Positions 1-8,073 of a DNA stretch of 25,482 nt are shown one piece after another; positions within the stretch are counted from its first letter, which is position 1; each line of letters opens with the position of its first letter. The DNA lies in the IMG/VR virus record IMGVR_UViG_3300033407_000100, positions 1 through 25,482 of that record. One strand, written 5' to 3'. The notes under the pieces are model-generated. The model did not search any database. It had not been told where the DNA came from and saw nothing but the letters and a program-made list of their open reading frames with translations. Origin of the DNA: a virus (taxonomy: Duplodnaviria; Caudoviricetes). The translations under genes were made by a program, and so were the position numbers.

Positions 1-44
1 GCCGGCCACCCCTGTCAAGCCCATCGGCCCGCCAGGTCGCCGGC

Positions 45-73
45 TGAACGTCACGTAGTCCACGTGACGTTCA
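45..73. promoter_or_regulatory. Palindromic recombinase-core-like site 1 (second copy at 25393-25421)
   Basis: TGAACGTCACGT-agtcc-ACGTGACGTTCA: perfect 12-bp inverted arms with a 5-bp spacer (or 11-7-11). Confidence 0.6.
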
Positions 74-102
74 CAGGCCCTTTTGACCCCGCCAGGGGCC
101 TC

Positions 103-131
103 TGAGCGTCACGTTGCCAACGTGAATGTCG
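103..131. promoter_or_regulatory. Degenerate palindromic site 2 (second copy at 25451-25479)
   Basis: TGAGCGTCACGT-tgcca-ACGTGAATGTCG: left arm 11/12 identical to site 1, same spacer length. Confidence 0.5.
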
Positions 132-338
132 ACGTCGAATCCGTTCACCCGCTTCACCCCCGCCCGCCGCGTGCCCACGCTTTGCAAGAGCAATAAGCCG
201 CGGCGGGCGGGGCCTTTAGGTCTCGGCGGGCCTTTGGGATTTTGCGGCCCAGGCGCGGCGGAGTCGGCGGTCAGGGGAAAAACTTGGATTTTCCTGTCGG
301 CATGAGGTGTCGGCCGGTGGATCTTGGGGGGGGCGGCG

Positions 339-593
339 ATGCGGAAGCTCACGTGTCAGCAGTGCGGCGGGACGATGCGGAAGGCGCGGCTGCAACAAAC
401 AGGGTGCAGCACGTCCCTCGTGGCGATCGTTCAGCTGATCTTGATAGTGGCAGGCGTCGGCCTGCTCTTTGTGTTCCCGGTCGGCACCGCCGCGGGGGCC
501 CCGACGATCCTGCTTGGCGTCTTACTCGGGCGCACGCGGGGCCGACGGGCTTGGCGTTGCTCGCGTTGCACGTTCGTGATCGAGCGCGGCTGA
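339..593 (+). CDS. Small membrane protein with split Zn-ribbon (CxxC-hydrophobic hairpin-CxxC), LITAF-like architecture
   Basis: MRKLTCQQCGG...VAIVQLILIVAGVGLLFVFPVG...ILLGVLLG...WRCSRC; ATG at 339 after a G-rich tract; the only credible plus-strand gene. Confidence 0.75.
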   Translation: MRKLTCQQCGGTMRKARLQQTGCSTSLVAIVQLILIVAGVGLLFVFPVGTAAGAPTILLGVLLGRTRGRRAWRCSRCTFVIERG

Positions 594-595
594 TT

Positions 596-3160
596 TCATC
601 GCAGGCGCCGCGGACGCGCCCTCCCGAGTGAGCGGCGCAGGCGCCTCGCGGCGGAGGGCTCCGCGGCGGTCGCCATCATGGCTTCGACGCCGGCGGTGCT
701 CAGCAGCTGCGCGTTCTCGTCGGCGACCATGACGAGCTCGACGTTGGGCACTTGGCCGTAGTCCGCCGAGCCGATCCGCACGCTCGTGCGGGCGCCCGCC
801 ATCGCCGCAGCGGCGCTGTCGGACTTCAGGCCGGTCTCGTCGTAGCCGCCGGCGGCACACCACAGGTGCGTGGTCGTGCCGTCGGACCCGACGGCGATCC
901 AGAGCTGGTCGTCGTGCCGGACGTAGACGTCGGCGACGACCAGCGGGGAGTTCAGTTCCTCCACGCCATCCCGGAACACCCGCGCGAGCACCTGCGCGTT
1001 GGACGGGTCGTAGACGACCTCGACGTAGTTGTCCGTGTCCCGGTACACCGTGGCCAAGACGACGGTGCGCGCCGACGTGAAGTCGAGGCCCGTCACCGGC
1101 ATGAACATCTCGATGCCGACGGTCCACGCGTCGCCGCTGGCCGGGGACAGCGGGACCTCGACCTGGATGTTCGAGCCGGAGGTGCCCGGCTCGAGCAAGT
1201 ACGGGCACTCGCCCTCGGAGGTGTACCAGCCCTGGTACAGCAGGTGGTAGTCGCAGAGCGGCTTATTGGTGCCGCTGCTCTGGCTGTAGAGTCGCACCAG
1301 CGGCTGGTAGGGGCTCTGATCGAACGCGCCGGCGTTGACGTACACCGGGAGCAGCCGCCAACCGGTGTCGTGGATGCCCGCGACGCCCAGGATGTAGCTC
1401 GAGTCGCCCGCGCCTTGCGGCAACGTCTCGGACGTCAGTCGCAGCGGGATCCCGGCGGCGGAGTTGGCCTGCACGAACAGGATCTCCCAGACGGCGGCGC
1501 TCGCGCCCACCGTCGCCGCGGGCGTGGCGCGCCAGTTGGCGATCTGCTCGCTGACCTGGTCGGCGACGACTCGGTGGACGGTGCCCTCGGGGTCCGGCGA
1601 CGCGACGGCGACCTCGGTGAACGTGCCGCCCGGCGTGCCGATCGCGTTGAACCCGTCCAGGACATTGGCGCCGCCCGGGGCCACGACCAGGCCGCGGACC
1701 GGTTCCACGGCCGGCGCGTGCGCCTCGTAGATGCTGCCACCGGTGCCCTTGGGGATCATGAGGATCCGATGCCCGTAGAGGAACACGAAGGAGCTCACCC
1801 CACTCGTGCTGGGCCACAGTGCGACCGCGGCGAAATGCTCGTCGTCGTCCGCGTAGAGCACGCGCGCCAGCTGCGTCACGAAGCCGATGGGTCCGGCCGG
1901 GGCGGCGCAGCGGACGCTTCTGGCCGACCACTCCGGCGCGGGCTTGTTGGACGGGAACGCGTTGACGTCCTCCGTTGCGACGGCCTGGGGGAAGTCGCCG
2001 AGCGACTTCTTGTAGCTGATCGCGCCATCGCCGGCGACGGTCATGACGGCGCCGTAGCTGACCCCCTCGTCGGCGCCGACGAGAATCCTGGTGAGGTCGC
2101 TGGAGTGCGGCTGCGGTCCCATCCACTGGAACGAGTACTCGTTGTCCGGCGAACGGCTGCCGTAGGCGTCGCGTGTCGTCGTCCAGTTGCCGGGCTCGCC
2201 GTAGTCGTCCCAGTCCGCACACTGGAACAGGACGTTCTCGTTGTCCGCGTTCGAGTCGCCGCGCGACAGCACGACGCCGTTTGGCGTCCATGCCGCGGCA
2301 TGGTAGTGGACCGCCGTCTGGCCGAACTCCTCCAGGAGCAGGACGATGGGGCCGAAGGACCAGTCACTGCCGAGGTCGGCACGCGTCGCCCGCAGGATCG
2401 CGCATTGGCCGCCGTACTTCAGGTCGCTGCCGTTGGCGTAGTCGCACGGGCACAGGAACACGTCCAGCAGCGGCCGCTGGTTGAGCGTGGTCGGGTAGTA
2501 CGCCGCGAACGACCACAGGGCGCCGCGTAGGTGCCCGGATTCGAGCGGGCTGGCGTTGAGGTCGCCGACGACGGCCAGATCCCACGCGCCGGCGGCGGTG
2601 TGCTGGAGCTTCACGACCGTGACGCCCTCGCTGTCCCACACGCCCGGGCTGGTCTGGACGTACCGCTCGCACCCGAAGACGAAGCACCCCGGCAGCGTGA
2701 CGCCGCCGAAGGGCCAGTAGGCGACGTCGGCCTGCTGGGACGCGTGCCCCTGGAAGATGTCGTACAGCAGTGCGTTGGCCGCGCCGTTGACGGTGACGCT
2801 GCCGCTGACCGCCGTCACGATGTCGATCTCGTGGACGAAGTTGGCCGGCGTCGGCGCGACGGAGCCGGTCCACACCTTGAGCGTGGCGTCCTCGGGCTGG
2901 CCGCTGGTCTGCTTCGCACAGGCCATCGGTGTGCTACCGTCGCGGTCGGTGCCGCACAGACCCCAGTTGAAGCCGACGCCGAGGCCGGAGACCGCCCACC
3001 CGGGAAACGCGCAACGCCCGCGGGGCTTGCCGTAGTACGGGGTGTCGGCCGCGACGTACGCGCCGGCGACCGGGTCCAGCGCGGGGACGTCGCGGCTGTA
3101 CCACATCGGTGGCAGGCTGCCGGTCTGCCGGCCGTTGAATTTGGCCTTGCGGACGCTCAC
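596..3160 (-). CDS. Large (854 aa) putative tail-tip/receptor-binding protein, beta-rich with a possible C-terminal LamG/ConA-like domain
   Basis: GTG at 3160 overlaps the upstream stop (GTGA), giving MSVRKAKFNG; protein-like composition only from there; last gene of the tail operon; C-terminal alternating beta-strand pattern. Confidence 0.65.
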   Translation of the reverse strand: MSVRKAKFNGRQTGSLPPMWYSRDVPALDPVAGAYVAADTPYYGKPRGRCAFPGWAVSGLGVGFNWGLCGTDRDGSTPMACAKQTSGQPEDATLKVWTGSVAPTPANFVHEIDIVTAVSGSVTVNGAANALLYDIFQGHASQQADVAYWPFGGVTLPGCFVFGCERYVQTSPGVWDSEGVTVVKLQHTAAGAWDLAVVGDLNASPLESGHLRGALWSFAAYYPTTLNQRPLLDVFLCPCDYANGSDLKYGGQCAILRATRADLGSDWSFGPIVLLLEEFGQTAVHYHAAAWTPNGVVLSRGDSNADNENVLFQCADWDDYGEPGNWTTTRDAYGSRSPDNEYSFQWMGPQPHSSDLTRILVGADEGVSYGAVMTVAGDGAISYKKSLGDFPQAVATEDVNAFPSNKPAPEWSARSVRCAAPAGPIGFVTQLARVLYADDDEHFAAVALWPSTSGVSSFVFLYGHRILMIPKGTGGSIYEAHAPAVEPVRGLVVAPGGANVLDGFNAIGTPGGTFTEVAVASPDPEGTVHRVVADQVSEQIANWRATPAATVGASAAVWEILFVQANSAAGIPLRLTSETLPQGAGDSSYILGVAGIHDTGWRLLPVYVNAGAFDQSPYQPLVRLYSQSSGTNKPLCDYHLLYQGWYTSEGECPYLLEPGTSGSNIQVEVPLSPASGDAWTVGIEMFMPVTGLDFTSARTVVLATVYRDTDNYVEVVYDPSNAQVLARVFRDGVEELNSPLVVADVYVRHDDQLWIAVGSDGTTTHLWCAAGGYDETGLKSDSAAAAMAGARTSVRIGSADYGQVPNVELVMVADENAQLLSTAGVEAMMATAAEPSAARRLRRSLGRARPRRLR

Positions 3161-3684
3161 GTCCAGAAGCCCGCGAACGCCTGCGCGTCGGTCGCCGTCC
3201 CGCCGGTGATCTCCACCACGAGCCCGGCGACCAGGCCGCCCAGGTCGGGGATGCCAATGACCGCCAGCGTCCCGTCGCCCGGCGGCGCGGGTGGGTACAG
3301 CGCGTGGCCGCGGCCGGTCAGCGAGCTGAGGTAGTCGGCGTAGGCCGACGGGGTGTACGCGATCTCGTCGGCGAGCCGGGCGCCCTGGTACACCGTCGCC
3401 GCGCCCGCGGTGACCGCGCCCAGGGTGGCCGTGCCGGTGCCCAGCGGGTACAGCTCGCGCTGGTCGCCCACCTCGCGGACCGCCCACAGCGCGAAGGTGA
3501 TCGTCTGGTCCTCGTCGCCGTGGCCGGCGAACGAGATCTCGACGGTCGGGTGGTGGTCGACGCTGACCAGGTCGGCCGGCGCGGCGGCGCCGCGCACGGG
3601 CGTGGGGCTGTCGAGCGTGAATGCTGCGTGCACCGGCGCCATGTCGCGCTGGCGGCTCTCGGGGCTGACGGTCATGACTGCCAT
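3157..3684 (-). CDS. Hypothetical protein (175 aa), possibly tail-associated
   Basis: ATG preceded by AGGAG; normal composition; coupled to the downstream gene. Confidence 0.75.
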   Translation of the reverse strand: MAVMTVSPESRQRDMAPVHAAFTLDSPTPVRGAAAPADLVSVDHHPTVEISFAGHGDEDQTITFALWAVREVGDQRELYPLGTGTATLGAVTAGAATVYQGARLADEIAYTPSAYADYLSSLTGRGHALYPPAPPGDGTLAVIGIPDLGGLVAGLVVEITGGTATDAQAFAGFWT

Positions 3685-3698
3685 GGGCGGTGCTCCTA

Positions 3699-4739
3699 TC
3701 AGGACTCGGGGCTGTTGCCCGCGCCCGAAGATTTCTCACTGAAACTGGTGTTGTGTGTCCACGCGCCGTCGGCGGTGAACGTGTTGGTGCCGGGCACGTA
3801 GATCCGCACGGTCCGGGCCCGGGCCTCGACGAGCTCGATCGACGTGATCGGCTCCTCGCCCAGGTCGCCGGCGACGTGCGTCACGAGGCGGTCGCCGACG
3901 CGCAGTCGGTCCGCCGATGCGAAGCCCCAGCTCGACCCGCGGCGCCGGAGGAACGGGTGCTCGAACGTGGCCTTGATGCGGCCGTTGATGACGTAGAAAC
4001 CCTCATGCTCGCCCAACTGGACCTGGCTGACGCGCGCGGGCACGGGGGCGACCGTGTGATCCAGGCCCGACGAGGAGCTCCAGTCGTACTGGGCCTCGTA
4101 GCTCTGGTCGGTGAGCAGGCCCGGGATCGACAGGCTCAGCACCAGGTCGCCGGGCTGGAGGTTCTCGATCGGGACGCGACGGCCGTTGGCCATCGTCACG
4201 AGCGTGCCGTAGAGCAAGCACGACCCGCCGCTGGAGCTGCTGGACCCCGACGACGACGACGAGCTGCTCGAGCCGGAGCCGCTGCCCGACCCGGACCCGG
4301 ACCCGGACCCCGACCCGGAGCCCGAGGCGGACCCGCTGGTGCTGGCCGAGGAGCTCGACGACCCGCTGGGCGTTGACAGGGGCGTTGACCCCTCGCTGGA
4401 GGCGGGGCTCGACCCGCTGCCAGAGCCCGAGCCGCCGGAGCCGGAGCCGCCGCCGGAGCCGCTGCCGCCGCCGGAGCCGCCCCCGCTGCCGCCGCCGGAG
4501 CCGCCCCCGCTGCCGCCGCCGGAGCCGGTGCCGCCGCCGGAACCTCCGGTCTCGGTGGACTGCGTGGAGCCCGACGGCTGGGAGGAGCTCTCCGGCGAGC
4601 CCTCGGTGCTGCTGGGGGCGCTGCTGCTGCTGGGTGACGAGCTCGGCGAGCTGCTGAGTGTGTCGCTGCCGCTGACCGACGGCTGCAGGGACGTCGCCCA
4701 GACGGGGATGTAGAGAAAGTACTTCGTGGGCTGGGTCAC
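3699..4739 (-). CDS. Ser/Gly-rich protein with C-terminal Hint (intein-like/BIL) domain, 346 aa
   Basis: GTG at 4739 (GTGA overlap), MTQPTKYFLYIPVWATS, about 155 aa of S/G low complexity, then CLLYGTLVTMANG (block A), KATFEHPF (block B TxxH), ADGAWTHN|T (block G). Hint domain spans 3750-4220. Confidence 0.88.
   Translation of the reverse strand: MTQPTKYFLYIPVWATSLQPSVSGSDTLSSSPSSSPSSSSAPSSTEGSPESSSQPSGSTQSTETGGSGGGTGSGGGSGGGSGGGSGGGSGGGSGSGGGSGSGGSGSGSGSSPASSEGSTPLSTPSGSSSSSASTSGSASGSGSGSGSGSGSGSGSGSSSSSSSSGSSSSSGGSCLLYGTLVTMANGRRVPIENLQPGDLVLSLSIPGLLTDQSYEAQYDWSSSSGLDHTVAPVPARVSQVQLGEHEGFYVINGRIKATFEHPFLRRRGSSWGFASADRLRVGDRLVTHVAGDLGEEPITSIELVEARARTVRIYVPGTNTFTADGAWTHNTSFSEKSSGAGNSPES
4225..4545 (-). 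repeat. Coding low-complexity repeats (GGGS)n, (SG)n and poly-S
   Basis: Plus-strand units such as CCGGAGCCGCCCCCGCTGCCGCCG x2 and GACCCG runs. Confidence 0.85.
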
Positions 4740-5602
4740 GTGTACCACCCCCGGGTGCCGACGGCCTTGCCGCACTCGGCGGAGGCCTTCGCGACAGCCT
4801 GCTCGAACGGCAGGTGGGGGAAGGCGGTCAGGCCGCTGTCGGGCGTGCAGTTGAAGACGCTGAAGCGTGACCGCTTGAAGTAGTCGCGCATGGCTGCGAA
4901 CCGCGTGTTGAGCGCCTCGAACAGCAGCGTATTGTGCCGCACGGCCTGCGGCGTCCGCACCTCCGGGAACGCGTACCCGCGCTGCTCGGTCATGCGGAAG
5001 TCCGCTCCGAGCAGGTACACCGTGTGGAAGCCCAGGTAGTGCAGCAGCCGCAGAGCCGCCATCATGACCGAGCGCTTGCCCTTGACGCCCAGCGCGTCGG
5101 TCACCTTGGTGTGGTTGCCCCAGCAGACGACGTCCTCGTCCAGGAACGTCGTCGGGTCGAACCGCTCGCTGCGGCGGTACAGCAGCACGCCGGGCATCTG
5201 GCAGACGCGGAAGGCGCTGGGTCGCATCGTGCCGTCGGCCTTGCGGACGCGCAGCCGCACGTTCCACAGCTCCATCGGGGCGAACTTGAGGATGCCCGCG
5301 TCCTTCCAGCCGGTGTCGATGAACCGCCCGGGGTTGTCCACGCATACCCACAGCGTCGGCCGGTGGACTGACCAGGAGTTGTTGACGCCCATCGTCACGA
5401 TGCCGCGCTGAGCGAGCGGCGCGAGGTCCATCTCCGCCAGCGACGGGCCCGAGAGCAACAGGAACGCCTGGCGGCCGCGGTAGAAGTCGCAGAGGCTGAC
5501 GTCATCGAAATCGGTGGTGTACAGCCGCAGGCCGTTGCGGGCCGGTCGTCGGACGTGCAGACCTGCCTGCAGGGCGGCGACGTCGCCGCCGTGGTCATGC
5601 AT
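4736..5602 (-). CDS. Glycosyltransferase-like protein (CstII GT42 / Maf / DUF115-type fold)
   Basis: AFLLLSGPSLAEMDL...TMGVNNSW...PTLWVCVD and LHYLGFHTVYLLGADF parallel the GxGPSL..N and LGYKEIYLxGxDF motifs of CstII/Maf-type proteins. Confidence 0.72.
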   Translation of the reverse strand: MHDHGGDVAALQAGLHVRRPARNGLRLYTTDFDDVSLCDFYRGRQAFLLLSGPSLAEMDLAPLAQRGIVTMGVNNSWSVHRPTLWVCVDNPGRFIDTGWKDAGILKFAPMELWNVRLRVRKADGTMRPSAFRVCQMPGVLLYRRSERFDPTTFLDEDVVCWGNHTKVTDALGVKGKRSVMMAALRLLHYLGFHTVYLLGADFRMTEQRGYAFPEVRTPQAVRHNTLLFEALNTRFAAMRDYFKRSRFSVFNCTPDSGLTAFPHLPFEQAVAKASAECGKAVGTRGWYT

Positions 5603-6149
5603 GGAACACCCCCATCAGGTACCGGCCGGTGGACCGGACGCGCCCGACGCGGCCGATGCGCTGCACCCACCATTCCAGTGGCCGCACCGTCGGGTGCAGG
5701 TTGGCGCCGTCGACGGTGATGCGGCTGGGCCGCGTGCAGATGGAGAACGCGAAGTGCGCTCCGGGCCGGGCCAGCCGGTGCATCTCGGCGAGCACCCGCT
5801 CGACGTCCTCGGGCAGCAGGTGCTCCAGCGCGTCGAAGCTCGTCAGGACGTCGGCGATGCCGCCGGCCAGCGGCACGCGGTGCATCGGGGCCGCGACGTC
5901 GGCCCGGGCGTTGGCCCAGTCGATGCCGAGCCCCTCGACGCCGCGGCGCCGCAGCTCGCGGATGAACGCGTTGTCGCCGCAGCCGAAGTCCACGACGAAC
6001 CTCGGCCGCCAGCACAGCACCGTCGACAGCGCCCCACGGCCGTGATTGGTCCCGCCGTACCGACCTCGGGCCGCGAGCTGCACATACTTACGGCGCTCGA
6101 CCTCGCGGCGCTGCTCGAGCACGGCCGACGCCATGTGGGAGTCAGCCAT
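5595..6149 (-). CDS. Class I SAM-dependent methyltransferase
   Basis: Motif I VVDFGCG, then GLGID, DVLTSFDALEHL, EMHRLARPG. Confidence 0.88.
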   Translation of the reverse strand: MADSHMASAVLEQRREVERRKYVQLAARGRYGGTNHGRGALSTVLCWRPRFVVDFGCGDNAFIRELRRRGVEGLGIDWANARADVAAPMHRVPLAGGIADVLTSFDALEHLLPEDVERVLAEMHRLARPGAHFAFSICTRPSRITVDGANLHPTVRPLEWWVQRIGRVGRVRSTGRYLMGVFHA

Positions 6150-6150
6150 A

Positions 6151-7122
6151 TCAGATCCCTCCCGGCACGTCGAAGTCGGTCAGGACGATCGGGTTCAGCG
6201 CCTCGAACACGAACCGCGTGTCGCCCTGGAGCGTGCGCTCGGCGCGGAGCTCCACGACGACCTCCTGGGGGATCGGGTGGAGCAGGGGCACCGCGGCCCG
6301 GCGCGGCGGGCAGTTTTCCAGGGCGCCCGGGATCAGGCACGCGCCGCCGTGCGCGAAGCCCTCGGTGCCGCCGCCCTGCGTGTGGTCGATCGACAGGTGG
6401 GCCTCGTAGCGGTTGAACGCTCCCCCGGCCGTCGCCGAGCTCAGGGCGCCCAGCGGCTGCAAGTACTGGCCGTAGGTGGAGCTGCTCGCGTCGGCGTCGA
6501 GCCGCATTTCCTGCCAGGCGTACAGCCAGCCGAACGTGCGGCCGGCGATCAGCGTCGCGGCGCCCAGCCGCGCCGGGAACCGGTCGCGGGGCGCCGGCCC
6601 GACCTCGACCAGGGCGAGGCGCTGGCCGGTGCCGGGCTCGGCCCACAGCAGCCTCGCCGCGCCCGTGAACCCACTGCGCAGCAGCGGCTCGCCGGCGGCG
6701 GTGTCCGCGTGGGTGTGCGACTGATCGACGACGTCGACGATCGCCGGCGTCACGCCGCGGACGACGGCCAGGCCGATCCGGCCCGCCGCGATCGGCTCAC
6801 GCGCGACGGCGAACCGACCGACGTACTCGTCGGCGGCCGTGACCGCCTCGCCGGCGATCGCCACGACGCGGCTGAACTCGTCGGCGTTGTCGGCCGGGTC
6901 GATGATCGGCCCGGCGATTCCCAGCACGCCGAACCGAGGCAGGTCCTCGCCGGAGTCGTTGCGGACGCGGACCAGGTGCTCGAGGCCGCCCGGCGCCGCG
7001 GAGCGCAGGGTGTCGGCGTCGATCCGGCGCGCCAGCTCGGCCGCATCGACAAAGGCGTTGTACGCCCGCGCCGGGATCCGCAGGGGGTCGCCGGTGTGGA
7101 CCTTGCGGAGGTGCTCGGTCAT
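6151..7122 (-). CDS. Putative minor tail protein (323 aa)
   Basis: ATG at 7122 (ATGA overlap), MTEHLRKVHTGDPLRIPARAYNAFVDAA; second large gene after the tape measure. Confidence 0.7.
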   Translation of the reverse strand: MTEHLRKVHTGDPLRIPARAYNAFVDAAELARRIDADTLRSAAPGGLEHLVRVRNDSGEDLPRFGVLGIAGPIIDPADNADEFSRVVAIAGEAVTAADEYVGRFAVAREPIAAGRIGLAVVRGVTPAIVDVVDQSHTHADTAAGEPLLRSGFTGAARLLWAEPGTGQRLALVEVGPAPRDRFPARLGAATLIAGRTFGWLYAWQEMRLDADASSSTYGQYLQPLGALSSATAGGAFNRYEAHLSIDHTQGGGTEGFAHGGACLIPGALENCPPRRAAVPLLHPIPQEVVVELRAERTLQGDTRFVFEALNPIVLTDFDVPGGI

Positions 7123-7925
7123 GTCCCGATCCCCAGCAGCGAGAAGTCGCCGGCGTCGTAGACGCGCTCCACGTACGCCGCGATCGGCCGGTGCACCAGC
7201 GCGTGGGCCAGCTCGTCCTCGACCTCGGCGTACCGCACCCAGAGGTAGTCCCAGCCGGCCTTGGCGATCCCGGTGATGTCGCCGACGACCAGGCCCGTGG
7301 CGTTGGGGCTGGCCGCGAACCGGAAACTGATCTCCCAGTCGCCCACGACGCCGCGTTTGGAGCCGGCAGCGCCCAGGAACAGGCACTCGCCGGCGGCGAG
7401 TCCCTTGAACGGGGCCGCGTTGACACGGCCCGTGAGTGTGAACAGCGTCCCCTTGTAGGCCGGCGTGACGACACCGTCGGCCAGGTAGTGCGTCTCGGAG
7501 AACTGGTACACGGGCACCACGACGTCGACGCCCTCGACACCGTTGTCCGTGACGCCGATCGCGCCCTGGTAGTCCGGCGGCGTCTGGCCGGCGGGCGCGT
7601 AGGCGTTGGCGGTCTGCCGGCTCTGCGTGAGGTGTTGCGTGCCGCCGCCGGTGCCGAAGCTGAACGCGCTCTCGCCGGTCTGGGGGAAGGTCGACTCGAT
7701 CTCGCCGTAGTGGACCGTGCCGTCCCAGATGTCGTTGGCGATCGGCTCGACCTCGATCGTGCGCCGCGGCAGGCCGTCGTACGTCGCCGGCGACGCGGCG
7801 GCGAGCTCGATCTTGGCTTCGAGGTCGTCGTCGGTGCCGTGGATGACGTACAGCAGCTCGACGCTGGGGTTGTCACCGGCGATCGAGCGTCGGCTCTGGA
7901 ATCGTTCCTCAACGACGACGGCCAT
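7119..7925 (-). CDS. Putative distal tail/hub protein (268 aa)
   Basis: First large gene downstream of the tape measure; beta-rich, virion-like composition. Confidence 0.7.
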   Translation of the reverse strand: MAVVVEERFQSRRSIAGDNPSVELLYVIHGTDDDLEAKIELAAASPATYDGLPRRTIEVEPIANDIWDGTVHYGEIESTFPQTGESAFSFGTGGGTQHLTQSRQTANAYAPAGQTPPDYQGAIGVTDNGVEGVDVVVPVYQFSETHYLADGVVTPAYKGTLFTLTGRVNAAPFKGLAAGECLFLGAAGSKRGVVGDWEISFRFAASPNATGLVVGDITGIAKAGWDYLWVRYAEVEDELAHALVHRPIAAYVERVYDAGDFSLLGIGT

Positions 7926-8073
7926 GCCGCCACCCCCGGACCCGGATCAGCACGCGGCCCGTGAGCGTCGGGTGCCGGTGCGTCCTGCCGCACCGGTGGC
8001 ACCTCCACTGCTCGCGCCCGCCCCCCACGTGGTAGAGCACCCAGTACTTCAGATGGGTCGGCCAGCAGATCAT
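7909..8073 (-). CDS. Small Cys/His-rich hypothetical protein (54 aa)
   Basis: Translated by hand: MICWPTHLKYWVLYHVGGGREQWRCHRCGRTHRHP...; ATG overlaps the tape-measure stop (ATGA) and the ORF fills the gap to the next gene. Confidence 0.45.
   Translation of the reverse strand: MICWPTHLKYWVLYHVGGGREQWRCHRCGRTHRHPTLTGRVLIRVRGWRHGRRR

Larger units (their letters stand above)
1..134 (+). repeat. Left terminal direct repeat (att-like)
   Basis: 1-126 is identical to 25349-25474; 127-134 matches 25475-25482 with 2 mismatches (TGTCGACG vs AGTCGAGG). Confidence 0.93.

Noticed and set aside
1-134. tRNA/tmRNA fragment as att core
   Set aside because: No T-loop GTTCRA with acceptor stem or CCA arrangement is visible.
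3161-3739. N-terminal 193 aa of the listed 1047-aa ORF
   Set aside because: Off-frame read-through of the 3157-3684 gene; the credible start is the coupled GTG at 3160.
3750-4220. Polymorphic-toxin pretoxin Hint
   Set aside because: Only 16 residues follow the HN, so there is no toxin domain to release.
4339-4713. Pro/Glu-rich plus-strand ORF
   Set aside because: It is the reverse complement of the Gly/Ser repeat.
4740-5351. N-terminal 204 aa of the listed 550-aa ORF
   Set aside because: Overlaps the glycosyltransferase in another frame; the GTG at 4739 is the coupled start.
596-6149. Diversity-generating retroelement or tail-fibre shufflon
   Set aside because: No reverse transcriptase, template/variable repeat pair or inverted cassettes seen.
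5595-6149. DNA methyltransferase
   Set aside because: Small, and lacks DPPY/NPPY or PC catalytic motifs; it fits a small-molecule or glycan class I enzyme.
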